Part shown: in pieces, positions 1 to 6,975 of the stretch
Position numbering within the stretch: position 1 is the first letter of the stretch
How the letters are laid out: each line of letters starts with the position of its first letter
Source of the DNA: a virus
Taxonomy: Duplodnaviria > Caudoviricetes
Reading direction: 5' to 3' (one strand)
Length of the DNA stretch: 24,253 bases
IMG/VR virus record: IMGVR_UViG_3300032330_000999
Coordinates: 1 to 24,253 of that record
The notes under the pieces: model-generated
What the model was told of the DNA's origin: nothing
What the model saw: only the letters and a program-made list of their open reading frames with translations
Database searches by the model: none
Position numbers and translations under genes: made by a program

Positions 1-118
1 CAACTTGCGCCACAAGCATTTCCGCAGCAGCAACTGCAGCTTCTTCCGTGTGTGGCTTTGCTTTTTTCAATTTCTTCTTTGCTGCTTCTTTGCGGTCTTC
101 AGATGTAAATGTTGTCAT
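1..118 (-). CDS. Hypothetical protein, runs off the left edge (MTTFTSEDRKEAAKKKLKKAKPHTEE...)
   Basis: Manual translation; GGAG 8 nt upstream of ATG at 118; frame stays open to the window edge; an in-frame ATG at 160 is an alternative start. Confidence 0.55.
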   Translation of the reverse strand, partial: MTTFTSEDRKEAAKKKLKKAKPHTEEAAVAAAEMLVAQV

Positions 119-163
119 TTTTAATTCTCCATAAAAAGGTATATATTCAATTTCTTCCATTGC

Positions 164-277
164 TTATCTCAAATACTGGGTCATGTGATGTTTCCAAATC
201 GGAACCCATTTAGCAGGATCCGAACCAATCAATTGCGCAACACGAGTCGCGTATCTTAAATGAAATCTGCGAGCCAT
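164..277 (-). CDS. Small hypothetical protein (37 aa, MARRFHLRYATRVAQLIGSDPAKWVPIWKHHMTQYLR)
   Basis: Manual translation; AGGAG 4 nt before ATG; overlaps the next upstream ORF by 22 nt. Confidence 0.35.
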   Translation of the reverse strand: MARRFHLRYATRVAQLIGSDPAKWVPIWKHHMTQYLR

Positions 278-399
278 AGCACTCCTAAAACTAAATAGTT
301 GAGACCCCAAATGAGAATCCAAAATGTGAAAATTAATAATGCGAGCCAGCCAACGACTGCATAACCTGAGGGTGGATCAACGTACGGATTGTTTTTCAT
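256..399 (-). CDS. Small membrane protein (47 aa, MKNNPYVDPPSGYAVVGWLALLIFTFWILIWGLNYLVLGVLWLADFI)
   Basis: Manual translation; long hydrophobic run; tiles with neighbouring minus-strand ORFs. Confidence 0.5.
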   Translation of the reverse strand: MKNNPYVDPPSGYAVVGWLALLIFTFWILIWGLNYLVLGVLWLADFI

Positions 400-499
400 C
401 TCTTTTTCCTGTGACAAGACTAGGGATTGAACGGAAATCTTTGATGCGATCTTGCATCGGATGAGGTGCTGGTTTGAGTGGTCTGAAATAATGAATCAT
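377..499 (-). CDS. Small hypothetical protein (40 aa, MIHYFRPLKPAPHPMQDRIKDFRSIPSLVTGKRDEKQSVR)
   Basis: Start overlaps the stop of the 496..1236 gene as ATGA, typical of translational coupling. Confidence 0.45.
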   Translation of the reverse strand: MIHYFRPLKPAPHPMQDRIKDFRSIPSLVTGKRDEKQSVR

Positions 500-1236
500 T
501 TGAGTCTCCTTAATCCTTGTTTAGATGAACCTGCTGGGAAATGTTTGAATTGTATCTCGTGTGGCTTTTTAAATTCAAGACGGTAGTAGAAACTATTTGC
601 GTGGTAAGCACATTCAGCGATTGAGTAGTCATAACGGGAATGAAAAAGTTTTGACAACTCATAGACATAACTCTCGCGAGTGTCGTCAATCTTTGGGTTT
701 ACTTTTGTATAATTTTTCCATTGAAGATGGTAACGACAAGAAGAGCCATCGGTCATGATGATCGCTTTTGGACGTTGCATAGTCATGCGCAGCAACTCTG
801 CTTCCCATCGACGATTATTCATGTAACGCAAAAATGAAAAGAGCGGGAAGTCACATACGAACACATCTGCGTACTGAGTGCCAAGAATCTTGGTCGCGTC
901 TTTGTGGTCAATAGCAACAGAGTATTTCAGAAGAGCGTGTTCAAGCTGGGTCAAACAAGTCTCGTCAATCTCATGAATGATATGGGCGCGAGGCTTGAGT
1001 ATCTCTTGAATGGCAGTCGCAAATATTCCGACACCGCCAAAAGGTTCCCAGACTGAAAGACCTTTCTGTAAGTCGCGCATAAGCCACGCAATACATTGCA
1101 CGTTTTTTCCAGTTTCAGTCGGACGCTTATTGATGTAGTCGTAGTACGAGACTCCACCGCCTTCCATATTGCGTCCTTCTCCAGGAATCAATTCAAAAGG
1201 ATATTTATCGAGGATAATCCAATTAGTGGGTTGCAT
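496..1236 (-). CDS. SAM-dependent methyltransferase-like protein (Dam/D12-like layout, non-canonical catalytic motif)
   Basis: 246 aa; SVWEPFGGVG resembles motif I (FxGxG), HEID resembles motif II, VFVCDFPL sits where DPPY is expected. Confidence 0.55.
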   Translation of the reverse strand: MQPTNWIILDKYPFELIPGEGRNMEGGGVSYYDYINKRPTETGKNVQCIAWLMRDLQKGLSVWEPFGGVGIFATAIQEILKPRAHIIHEIDETCLTQLEHALLKYSVAIDHKDATKILGTQYADVFVCDFPLFSFLRYMNNRRWEAELLRMTMQRPKAIIMTDGSSCRYHLQWKNYTKVNPKIDDTRESYVYELSKLFHSRYDYSIAECAYHANSFYYRLEFKKPHEIQFKHFPAGSSKQGLRRLK

Positions 1237-1387
1237 TTTTCTCTTTCAGTTCAATTAAATATTCTTTGTACTCTTCGTCCATCTGCTCGCGTAGAGCTTT
1301 GAAGAAATGCTGCTTTGCTTCTTTTTGTTCTTTCTTATTTTCAACGTAGACGCGCTCGTGAATACGATTCTTCCATCCGCGATTCAT
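1223..1387 (-). CDS. Small charged helical hypothetical protein (54 aa, MNRGWKNRIHERVYVENKKEQKEAKQHFFKALREQMDEEYKEYLIELKEKNATH)
   Basis: Manual translation; ATGA overlap with the upstream gene's stop; fills the gap between two longer minus-strand genes. Confidence 0.6.
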   Translation of the reverse strand: MNRGWKNRIHERVYVENKKEQKEAKQHFFKALREQMDEEYKEYLIELKEKNATH

Positions 1388-1899
1388 GCTAGCTCCTTTT
1401 GTGCGTGGTTGATTTCATTGACTTTGAGAGTAAACCAGAAAGGAGGCAAATTAGCACCACGATGCCAACGTAGAGTCATCTTATCATTCTTTGATGCATA
1501 GTAACGCTGATAAGACTCAACGAGATCATCAGTCTTGAACTCGTCAGGCATAGCCAGAGGAGGCTCAGTCCACTTACTGGTAGTTAGCCCAGCAGGAGGA
1601 TGACGGAGTTCGCCAGCAATCAATTCTTCTGACTTGTGAGTCTTGCTGAAACGCATGCGGTACTCACGACATAAAGCCATGGCAAGTTCTTGACAAAACT
1701 GATAATGAAGACGAGACTGACGAACCCAAACAGCGCAAGGATGATTGGCATGCGTAGGCTTGTAAGTTACTGGGCTGTCAAAAGAATGATGCGCAGTAGA
1801 AAGCAGTTGAGCGCACTCAAGAATCATTTTTACAACGTGAACGTCTGCATGCATTTGAGCAGCAATGGGAGCAGCGCGATGTAGAAAGAAGATATTCAT
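1384..1899 (-). CDS. Pyrimidine dimer DNA glycosylase / endonuclease V (DenV)-like family protein
   Basis: 171 aa with MNIFFL...HVVKMILECAQLLSTAH...YKPTHANHPCAVWVR...EY..RF.K.H, the pattern of this widespread phage family; AAGGAAATA RBS. Confidence 0.72.
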   Translation of the reverse strand: MNIFFLHRAAPIAAQMHADVHVVKMILECAQLLSTAHHSFDSPVTYKPTHANHPCAVWVRQSRLHYQFCQELAMALCREYRMRFSKTHKSEELIAGELRHPPAGLTTSKWTEPPLAMPDEFKTDDLVESYQRYYASKNDKMTLRWHRGANLPPFWFTLKVNEINHAQKELA

Positions 1900-1931
1900 T
1901 CGTTATTTCCTTTATTTGGTTATTTGAAATA

Positions 1932-1980
1932 ATTATGGGGGAAGCCCAAGAACAAAACAAGGACTTCCCGCAAATATTTT
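1932..1980 (-). promoter_or_regulatory. Early promoter P1 (sigma70-like)
   Basis: Minus strand AAAATATTTGCGGGAAGTCC-TTGTTT-N17-CATAAT; same layout as P2 and P3. Confidence 0.75.
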
Positions 1981-2719
1981 ATAAATATTCTTCAGCTAGT
2001 GACCAGAGCTTTGTATTGGTCTTTACAGTTGCGCCCATCGCCTTGATTCCCAGCGTTCTGATGCGTCTGCCGTTAGGAGATACACCAGTCACCCCACCTC
2101 TGATTACCGCTTCTTGAACGCGGTTAAAAACGCGCCAGAGATCGTTTCCTGAGTCTTCATCGCGACGCACTGCCAACAACTCTTTTGGATCCACTTTCAA
2201 ACCACGGATCTCAGCAGCACGAGTAGCGAGTTCAAGTTGGTCAACAGGAGTCAAAACTTTCTGCATGAACAACTCGATGCGAGAGGCAGACTCTTTTGCT
2301 GCTTGAATTACTTTCATTGACTCATTAACAATCAAGTCTTCGCTCACGTCAATATGACGAGTACGTGAAGAGTAGATATCGCTTGACTTAACAATGAGAC
2401 CATTTGAGCAAACGATACGGAACAAGCCAACGTCCATACGCAAAGAGGTAGAGCCATCGTGAGAGTTAATCAAGACCAACTCAGGGATAGTTCCGTTCTT
2501 CGCATCCATGAAAGATTCATGACGCATACGGAGCGCGTGCTTCACAACACGAGGGTCGCGAACACGAGGACGAAGAGCAAAAGTCTGGGTGACTTTGAAT
2601 CCATTTTCGCGCATGATGTCTAGAACATCTTTGGTGTCGATGAGTTGGTAGTTAGCTGAGAGTTTCTCATACTTGAGACCTTCAATAGCTGAGGTAGGGA
2701 GATCTAAAACTTCGGTCAT
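1979..2719 (-). CDS. DUF932/DUF945 domain protein
   Basis: 246 aa; LINSHDGSTSL...GLFRIVCSNGL and DLWRVFNRVQE are characteristic of the family. Confidence 0.85.
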   Translation of the reverse strand: MTEVLDLPTSAIEGLKYEKLSANYQLIDTKDVLDIMRENGFKVTQTFALRPRVRDPRVVKHALRMRHESFMDAKNGTIPELVLINSHDGSTSLRMDVGLFRIVCSNGLIVKSSDIYSSRTRHIDVSEDLIVNESMKVIQAAKESASRIELFMQKVLTPVDQLELATRAAEIRGLKVDPKELLAVRRDEDSGNDLWRVFNRVQEAVIRGGVTGVSPNGRRIRTLGIKAMGATVKTNTKLWSLAEEYL

Positions 2720-2832
2720 GATAGGGCACTCGCAATCACAAGAAAAAGGGTTGAATAAATAACAACATCTAATACGAAAAACACAGGGTAGTAATGCTTG
2801 GTTATGAAACGACGGATAGTTGATAGAGACAT
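2716..2832 (-). CDS. Small single-pass membrane protein (38 aa, MSLSTIRRFITKHYYPVFFVLDVVIYSTLFLVIASALS)
   Basis: AAGGAG RBS before ATG at 2832, so the start is revised from the track's 2982; stop overlaps the DUF932 start (ATGA); hydrophobic C-terminus. Confidence 0.6.
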   Translation of the reverse strand: MSLSTIRRFITKHYYPVFFVLDVVIYSTLFLVIASALS

Positions 2833-2842
2833 CTTAAACTCC

Positions 2843-3136
2843 TTAAACAGTTTGAGCATCGAGAACTTCAAGAACACGGTCAACAGCTTCTGCGCTACGA
2901 CCACCAATGTGCCAGTCATACTCATAGAAAGGAGTACCCAAGGTCTTCCAATCGTAGATGGTGGCAACAGTGCCATCTTCAAAAACTAAGTGCCACTCGC
3001 AAGTAGTTTTGTCAAGACCGAAGTCGTCAGGACCACAGTCAGGTTGACCGAATACTTCTACTAGCTTTGCGAAAGTTGTGAGAACAGAACCTCTATAAGA
3101 AGTCATGTTTACGTTTGCGTCGTTGGTGAATTTCAT
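2843..3136 (-). CDS. Phage early hypothetical protein (FEDGTVATIYDWK-type family)
   Basis: 97 aa, ATAAAGGAAATA RBS, downstream of promoter P2; motif recalled from phage hypothetical proteins. Confidence 0.8.
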   Translation of the reverse strand: MKFTNDANVNMTSYRGSVLTTFAKLVEVFGQPDCGPDDFGLDKTTCEWHLVFEDGTVATIYDWKTLGTPFYEYDWHIGGRSAEAVDRVLEVLDAQTV

Positions 3137-3183
3137 TTTATTTCCTTTATTAAATTACTACGTTTATCAGTTGCTACGATGAA

Positions 3184-3232
3184 ACTATAAGCCATTAAAA
3201 ACTATAACACAAGGACTTTTCTAAAATATTTT
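3184..3232 (-). promoter_or_regulatory. Early promoter P2 (sigma70-like)
   Basis: Minus strand AAAATATTTTAGAAAAGTCC-TTGTGT-N17-TATAGT. Confidence 0.75.
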
Positions 3233-3272
3233 CCGAACCAAGGGAAATCCCTCAGCTCGGATCCTTCTCGGC

Positions 3273-3623
3273 TTAGTGTACTGCCTCGCCATAAGCCTTT
3301 GCATCGATGTCTGCAACCCACTCAGCGTACTCGCGGTCGCGTTCCCTAGCCAACCATTCAGCTTGCTGCGCGAGCTCTGGATCTTCCTCTTCTACGACCC
3401 AGCCATTCTGACGGAGTTCTTCACGACCAGCGAAAGTCAACTTCATGGAGTCCATGATATCGTGAATCTGCTCGATCTGAGAGATGAGGTAAGCGCGGTC
3501 GCGCCAGAGCGAGTCAGAGATGACATGACGCGGACGGAAGCCATAGAAGTCCTTGTGGAAGTCGCTGAAGTAACCCTGTAACTCGTCAACAGAGAGGGTA
3601 TCGAGATGATTTTGAGTAGCCAT
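3273..3623 (-). CDS. Phage hypothetical protein (SDFHKDFYGFRPR-type family), 116 aa
   Basis: Start revised to ATG at 3623 (MATQNHLD...) because the conserved ATAAAGGAAATA RBS lies directly upstream; the track's longer start overlaps the next gene. Confidence 0.8.
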   Translation of the reverse strand: MATQNHLDTLSVDELQGYFSDFHKDFYGFRPRHVISDSLWRDRAYLISQIEQIHDIMDSMKLTFAGREELRQNGWVVEEEDPELAQQAEWLARERDREYAEWVADIDAKAYGEAVH

Positions 3624-3643
3624 GATTATTTCCTTTATAAAGA

Positions 3644-3659
3644 GTCCCCCGAAGGGGAC
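3644..3659 (-). terminator. cUUCGg tetraloop hairpin between early genes (weak terminator or mRNA-stabilising hairpin)
   Basis: Minus strand GTCCCC-TTCG-GGGGAC followed by TCTTT. Confidence 0.55.
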
Positions 3660-3666
3660 GGAGTTA

Positions 3667-3981
3667 TTAACGAGCGGTAACGCGGATTGCGATTGAGACA
3701 GATTGCTTAGTGTACTTGGCGAGCAACTCGTCAGATACATTCAGGTCAGCGATGAGAGTCTTGTAGTCAACAGTGTTACGTGCAGACATAGAGACAGAGG
3801 CTTTGTAGAGGTCACCTTCATACTTGCCTTCACCAGCGTTTTTGAACGCGTCCTTGATGACTTCAGCTTGCTCAGTCAATTCAGCAATCTGAGCTTGAAG
3901 CAAACCAAGACGGTCTAAGTCCTTCATCTGAGCGGACTGGGATACTGCATCTGAAACGATTTTTGAAGTTACTGAGTTCAT
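3667..3981 (-). CDS. Hypothetical early protein with N-terminal coiled coil, 104 aa
   Basis: ATAAAGGAAATA RBS, first gene after promoter P3, tandem TAA TAA stops. Confidence 0.8.
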   Translation of the reverse strand: MNSVTSKIVSDAVSQSAQMKDLDRLGLLQAQIAELTEQAEVIKDAFKNAGEGKYEGDLYKASVSMSARNTVDYKTLIADLNVSDELLAKYTKQSVSIAIRVTAR

Positions 3982-4037
3982 GATATTTCCTTTATTAAGT
4001 TTATTAAGTAGGTCATGAAACTTAACGACCTGAGTGA

Positions 4038-4086
4038 ATTATGGTCCACTGTGCCACACAAAACAAGGACTTTATTAAAATATTTT
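4038..4086 (-). promoter_or_regulatory. Early promoter P3 (sigma70-like)
   Basis: Minus strand AAAATATTTTAATAAAGTCC-TTGTTT-N17-CATAAT. Confidence 0.78.
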
Positions 4087-4127
4087 AAGAAAAAACACCA
4101 GTGAATACCCTTGGTTCAACAGTATTC

Positions 4128-4156
4128 GGTGTTTTATTTTAGAAATAGGGCATAAT
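4128..4156 (+). promoter_or_regulatory. Putative rightward promoter for the primase-helicase, divergent from P3
   Basis: CATAAT at 4151-4156 followed by TCAC, as in P3 (CATAATTCAC); the -35 match is poor (GGTGTT). Confidence 0.45.
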
Positions 4157-4163
4157 TCACCTC

Positions 4164-4291
4164 GTTCGGTAGCTTCAATCCCTTAGTTCTACCCACTCCT
4201 CCGCAAGAGCTGACCGAACATCATGGGGATTTCGTATTCCTAGAGTGGGTAGACCTAAGGGCATTGAGCTTTTGTTAACTATTTTGCGGAG
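4164..4291 (+). ncRNA. Structured 5' leader / cis-regulatory RNA candidate upstream of the primase-helicase
   Basis: Three complementary pairs: 4164-4174 with 4208-4219, 4171-4198 with 4243-4270, 4199-4206 with 4284-4291 (covers the SD). Confidence 0.6.
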
Positions 4292-4296
4292 AATTG

Positions 4297-6324
4297 ATGA
4301 GTAAAAAGATAAACTGGGACGACAGCCAACCAGCCGTCAAACCCACGGCAGAGCTGGGTCAGAGCGAATTCCTTCATGTGCTTTTTGGTGAAGATGTTAC
4401 ACGAGGTTGTTGTCACCATATTAGTAAGAAACCCAACTGGACTCGCTACACGATTTCAGCCAAAGACATTGAGTTCAATACCGCGTTGGACTGTTACTAT
4501 TCCGTAGGGTCTTTCATCGGGGAAGGCAATGAGAAGCAGGACTCTCCAGCGATGCGAGTGTTGGTCGCGGATGATTACCCAATCGAGAAATTAGACGAGC
4601 AACAAATCACTCCGACGTATATTCTGCAGACCAGTGAGCGCAAGGTGCAGAACGATGGCACAATCAAACCGAGCTATCAAGTAGGCTTCAAGATTACAGA
4701 CGGGAATAACATTGAGCTAGCTGACAAAGTTATGCAATCGCTCTACAAGTCTGGCTACGCGGACAAGTCAGGCAACAATAGAGTTAGATTAGCGCGCTTA
4801 CCAGACAGCACCAACAACAAAGTAACTGATCAACCATTCAAAGTCAGAATGGTCTCTTGGAATCCAGGAGCAACTTTCACTCTGATGAACGTAGCTGCTC
4901 TACTCGAATTGAGTGTGGCCAAGAATGAAATTGATTTTGATCTGAACGAGCACAATAAGTTTGATATCAGTCATGCAATCACAGAGATAACTTCGGGCGC
5001 GTCATTGCACGACAATATCAATCGACTCGCCATGAGCCAGCTGGCAAAAGGCATGCGGGAGTCTGATACCATTGAGATGATTCAAGGTGTGATGCTCGGA
5101 GCCAAAGCCAGTTACGTTGAGCGCGGTGACGGAGACCGATGGCAGGAGCGATTCGAAGACATTGAGCGGTCAGTCCGAACTGCGAATGTTAAGCTCAAGA
5201 ATCGGTCAGACCCAGACGAACCTCTACTCATGCCAGTCAAGCAGTGGATTGACAAGATGATTGCGCCTGATTGGGTCATCGACGACTTTATTGGCGAAGG
5301 TGTTAGAGCGATATCGGGCGCGCAAGGTAAAGGAAAGACATCGATCATCTCTCCCCTCTGCGCGAACGTAGCTCATCTTGTTGATGCGAACTTCCTGACA
5401 CCTCGACACAGACGTGTGGTCTTCTACTTTACTGAAGACACCAATCAGATCAATCGCATGATCTACGGAATGAAGAAGCATCAGTCAAGAAAGTTTGCTA
5501 ATCCGCATGAGGAATGGGAAAAGTATTTCAAAGTCCATATGACCAAGAGATACAAAGCTGGTGACATTGAAGATTTAGCGAATCATATCAAGAACTTTAA
5601 CACATTACAAGATAACAAGTCGGTTCCACCTCTCGTTGTATTTGACACTCAAGCTGCATCTTTTGACATCGAAGACGAGAACAACAATGCCGAGCTCTCA
5701 AAATTGATCAGCCAGCTCAAGATTCATTTCTGGGAGATGAACCGAATACCAGTCTGGGTCGTGACACACATTACCAAGTCTAGCATGTCAAGCGACGACT
5801 ACGAGAAGCTCACAGCGAGGGGAGCTGGTGCCATTGCGGGAGATTCTAACGGAACGATGGGTATCGTGGACGTGGCGAATGTTGAAGGCAGAATCCTAGC
5901 GAACATCAAGGACAGAGACGGAGCGAGGCACAAAGAAGTCCGAGTCACCATCAACCATCACATAGCAGAAGGTCTTACTCCCTACGGAGATGAGACTGAC
6001 ATTGCATACTTCACTACGGATTACTTTGAGTCTTCCCCAGAACAGCGATCAGAGGAGAGAGAAGAGAACTCTGAGGAAAACCTTATTCAAGAGATCTACC
6101 GAGCTATCCACTTCTCTCAAGAGCTCGGAGAGTTTGCCACAGTCAATGGTCTTAAAGGTATGAAGCTGGGTGCTGACAAGCCAAAGATTATACAGATGCT
6201 CTCTACTTTAATCGAGAGAGGTCGTGTTGAGCGAGTAGAGAATACAGAAGAGAATCGGAAGAGATTTAAGATGCACTCTCAGACTCGAGAGATCTATGTA
6301 ATCAAAGGAGTGTTCCTTGGTTAA
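4297..6324 (+). CDS. Primase-helicase fusion (RepB-type AEP primase domain plus RecA-like AAA_25 helicase)
   Basis: N-terminal VLVADD...PTYILQTS...YQVGF...VRLARLP..TNNK fits the RepB DNA-primase pattern; Walker A GAQGKGKT, Walker B LVVFDT, VTHITK, ARGAGAIAGD. ATG 4297 is 5 nt after GGAG (track starts at TTG 4294). Confidence 0.85.
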   Translation: MSKKINWDDSQPAVKPTAELGQSEFLHVLFGEDVTRGCCHHISKKPNWTRYTISAKDIEFNTALDCYYSVGSFIGEGNEKQDSPAMRVLVADDYPIEKLDEQQITPTYILQTSERKVQNDGTIKPSYQVGFKITDGNNIELADKVMQSLYKSGYADKSGNNRVRLARLPDSTNNKVTDQPFKVRMVSWNPGATFTLMNVAALLELSVAKNEIDFDLNEHNKFDISHAITEITSGASLHDNINRLAMSQLAKGMRESDTIEMIQGVMLGAKASYVERGDGDRWQERFEDIERSVRTANVKLKNRSDPDEPLLMPVKQWIDKMIAPDWVIDDFIGEGVRAISGAQGKGKTSIISPLCANVAHLVDANFLTPRHRRVVFYFTEDTNQINRMIYGMKKHQSRKFANPHEEWEKYFKVHMTKRYKAGDIEDLANHIKNFNTLQDNKSVPPLVVFDTQAASFDIEDENNNAELSKLISQLKIHFWEMNRIPVWVVTHITKSSMSSDDYEKLTARGAGAIAGDSNGTMGIVDVANVEGRILANIKDRDGARHKEVRVTINHHIAEGLTPYGDETDIAYFTTDYFESSPEQRSEEREENSEENLIQEIYRAIHFSQELGEFATVNGLKGMKLGADKPKIIQMLSTLIERGRVERVENTEENRKRFKMHSQTREIYVIKGVFLG

Positions 6325-6332
6325 TTTGATGA

Positions 6333-6560
6333 GAAGTTGCTGGGAAGTTGCTGCGGGTCTATATCTGGCATGGGTTTGCAGGGCAGCGACTTCTATGGAA
6401 GTTGCTAAGTTGCTGGAGAAGTCGTTGGGGACAGGACCAAAAACATCCTGTCGTGTAGCATTGGCGCCCTCTGCGCCATGCAGACATTGGTGTTTTCCGT
6501 TTTTTCGGGCAGCAGCAACTTCTACTGTTTTCCTAAGGGAAGTCGCTGGAGAAGTCGCTG
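6333..6560. repeat. Cluster of nine GAAGTYGCTG-like 10-mers in both orientations; candidate replication origin or packaging site
   Basis: Copies at 6333, 6344, 6384(rc), 6398, 6406, 6418, 6513(rc), 6539, 6551, each with 0-1 mismatch, between the helicase stop and the terS promoter. Confidence 0.8.
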
Positions 6561-6574
6561 CTGCTTTTTGGTGG

Positions 6575-6603
6575 TTGCGAAGAGCAGAAATCTACCGCAT
6601 AAT
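6575..6603 (+). promoter_or_regulatory. Promoter for the packaging operon
   Basis: TTGCGA-N17-CATAAT, 30 nt upstream of the terS ATG; same -10 as P1 and P3. Confidence 0.65.
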
Positions 6604-6633
6604 TCCTTGCAGATCAAATTGATAGGAGCGGAT

Positions 6634-6975
6634 ATGGCAGTCCAGAACAAGAAAAGTGCCCTTGCCAACGCAAAGTTCGGTGTAGAGGGAAACAAAAACG
6701 CGCAAGTGCGTGGTCAGTTTGCTGCGATGCTCAGAAGAATCACTACGCAAAACCCGCATCGACTCGAGACAGTTGCTCTGAAACTTCTTGAGGAAGCGGA
6801 AGAAGGAAACATGGTTGCCATCAAGGAACTGTTCGATCGCCTCGATGGTCGCGCGGTGCAAGCGACAGAGCTCTCTGGTCCAGACGGTGGACCGATTGAG
6901 ACGACTGGCACTTCTAACTTCACGAAAGAGTTGCTGAGCGAGATCTTGGCCACAAGACAAAAAGAACAGAAATGA
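6634..6975 (+). CDS. terS: Terminase small subunit (113 aa)
   Basis: Immediately upstream of terL with ATGA overlap; AGGAG RBS before ATG 6634; AIKELFDRLDGR..Q..ELSGPDGGPI is a typical TerS C-terminal pattern. Confidence 0.75.
   Translation: MAVQNKKSALANAKFGVEGNKNAQVRGQFAAMLRRITTQNPHRLETVALKLLEEAEEGNMVAIKELFDRLDGRAVQATELSGPDGGPIETTGTSNFTKELLSEILATRQKEQK

Noticed and set aside
3252-3272. Possible terminator after the 3273 gene
   Set aside because: CTCGG occurs as a direct repeat, not inverted; no stable stem or U-tract.
3624-3740. Longer starts given in the track for 3273..3740 and 2716..2982
   Set aside because: They overlap upstream genes and, for the first, a hairpin; clear RBSs sit before ATG 3623 and ATG 2832.
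4164-4291. Possible tRNA or tRNA fragment (GTTCG at 4164)
   Set aside because: No cloverleaf, acceptor stem or properly placed T-arm; the pairings are long-range leader helices.
6333-6560. Possible CRISPR mini-array
   Set aside because: Repeats are only 10 bp, irregularly spaced and in both orientations, with no spacers of constant length and no cas genes.
6317-6622. 101-aa ORF, and the N-terminal extension of terS from 6478
   Set aside because: Both read through the repeat cluster and the terS promoter; the EVA/EKS repeats just translate the DNA repeats. A good RBS supports ATG 6634 for terS.
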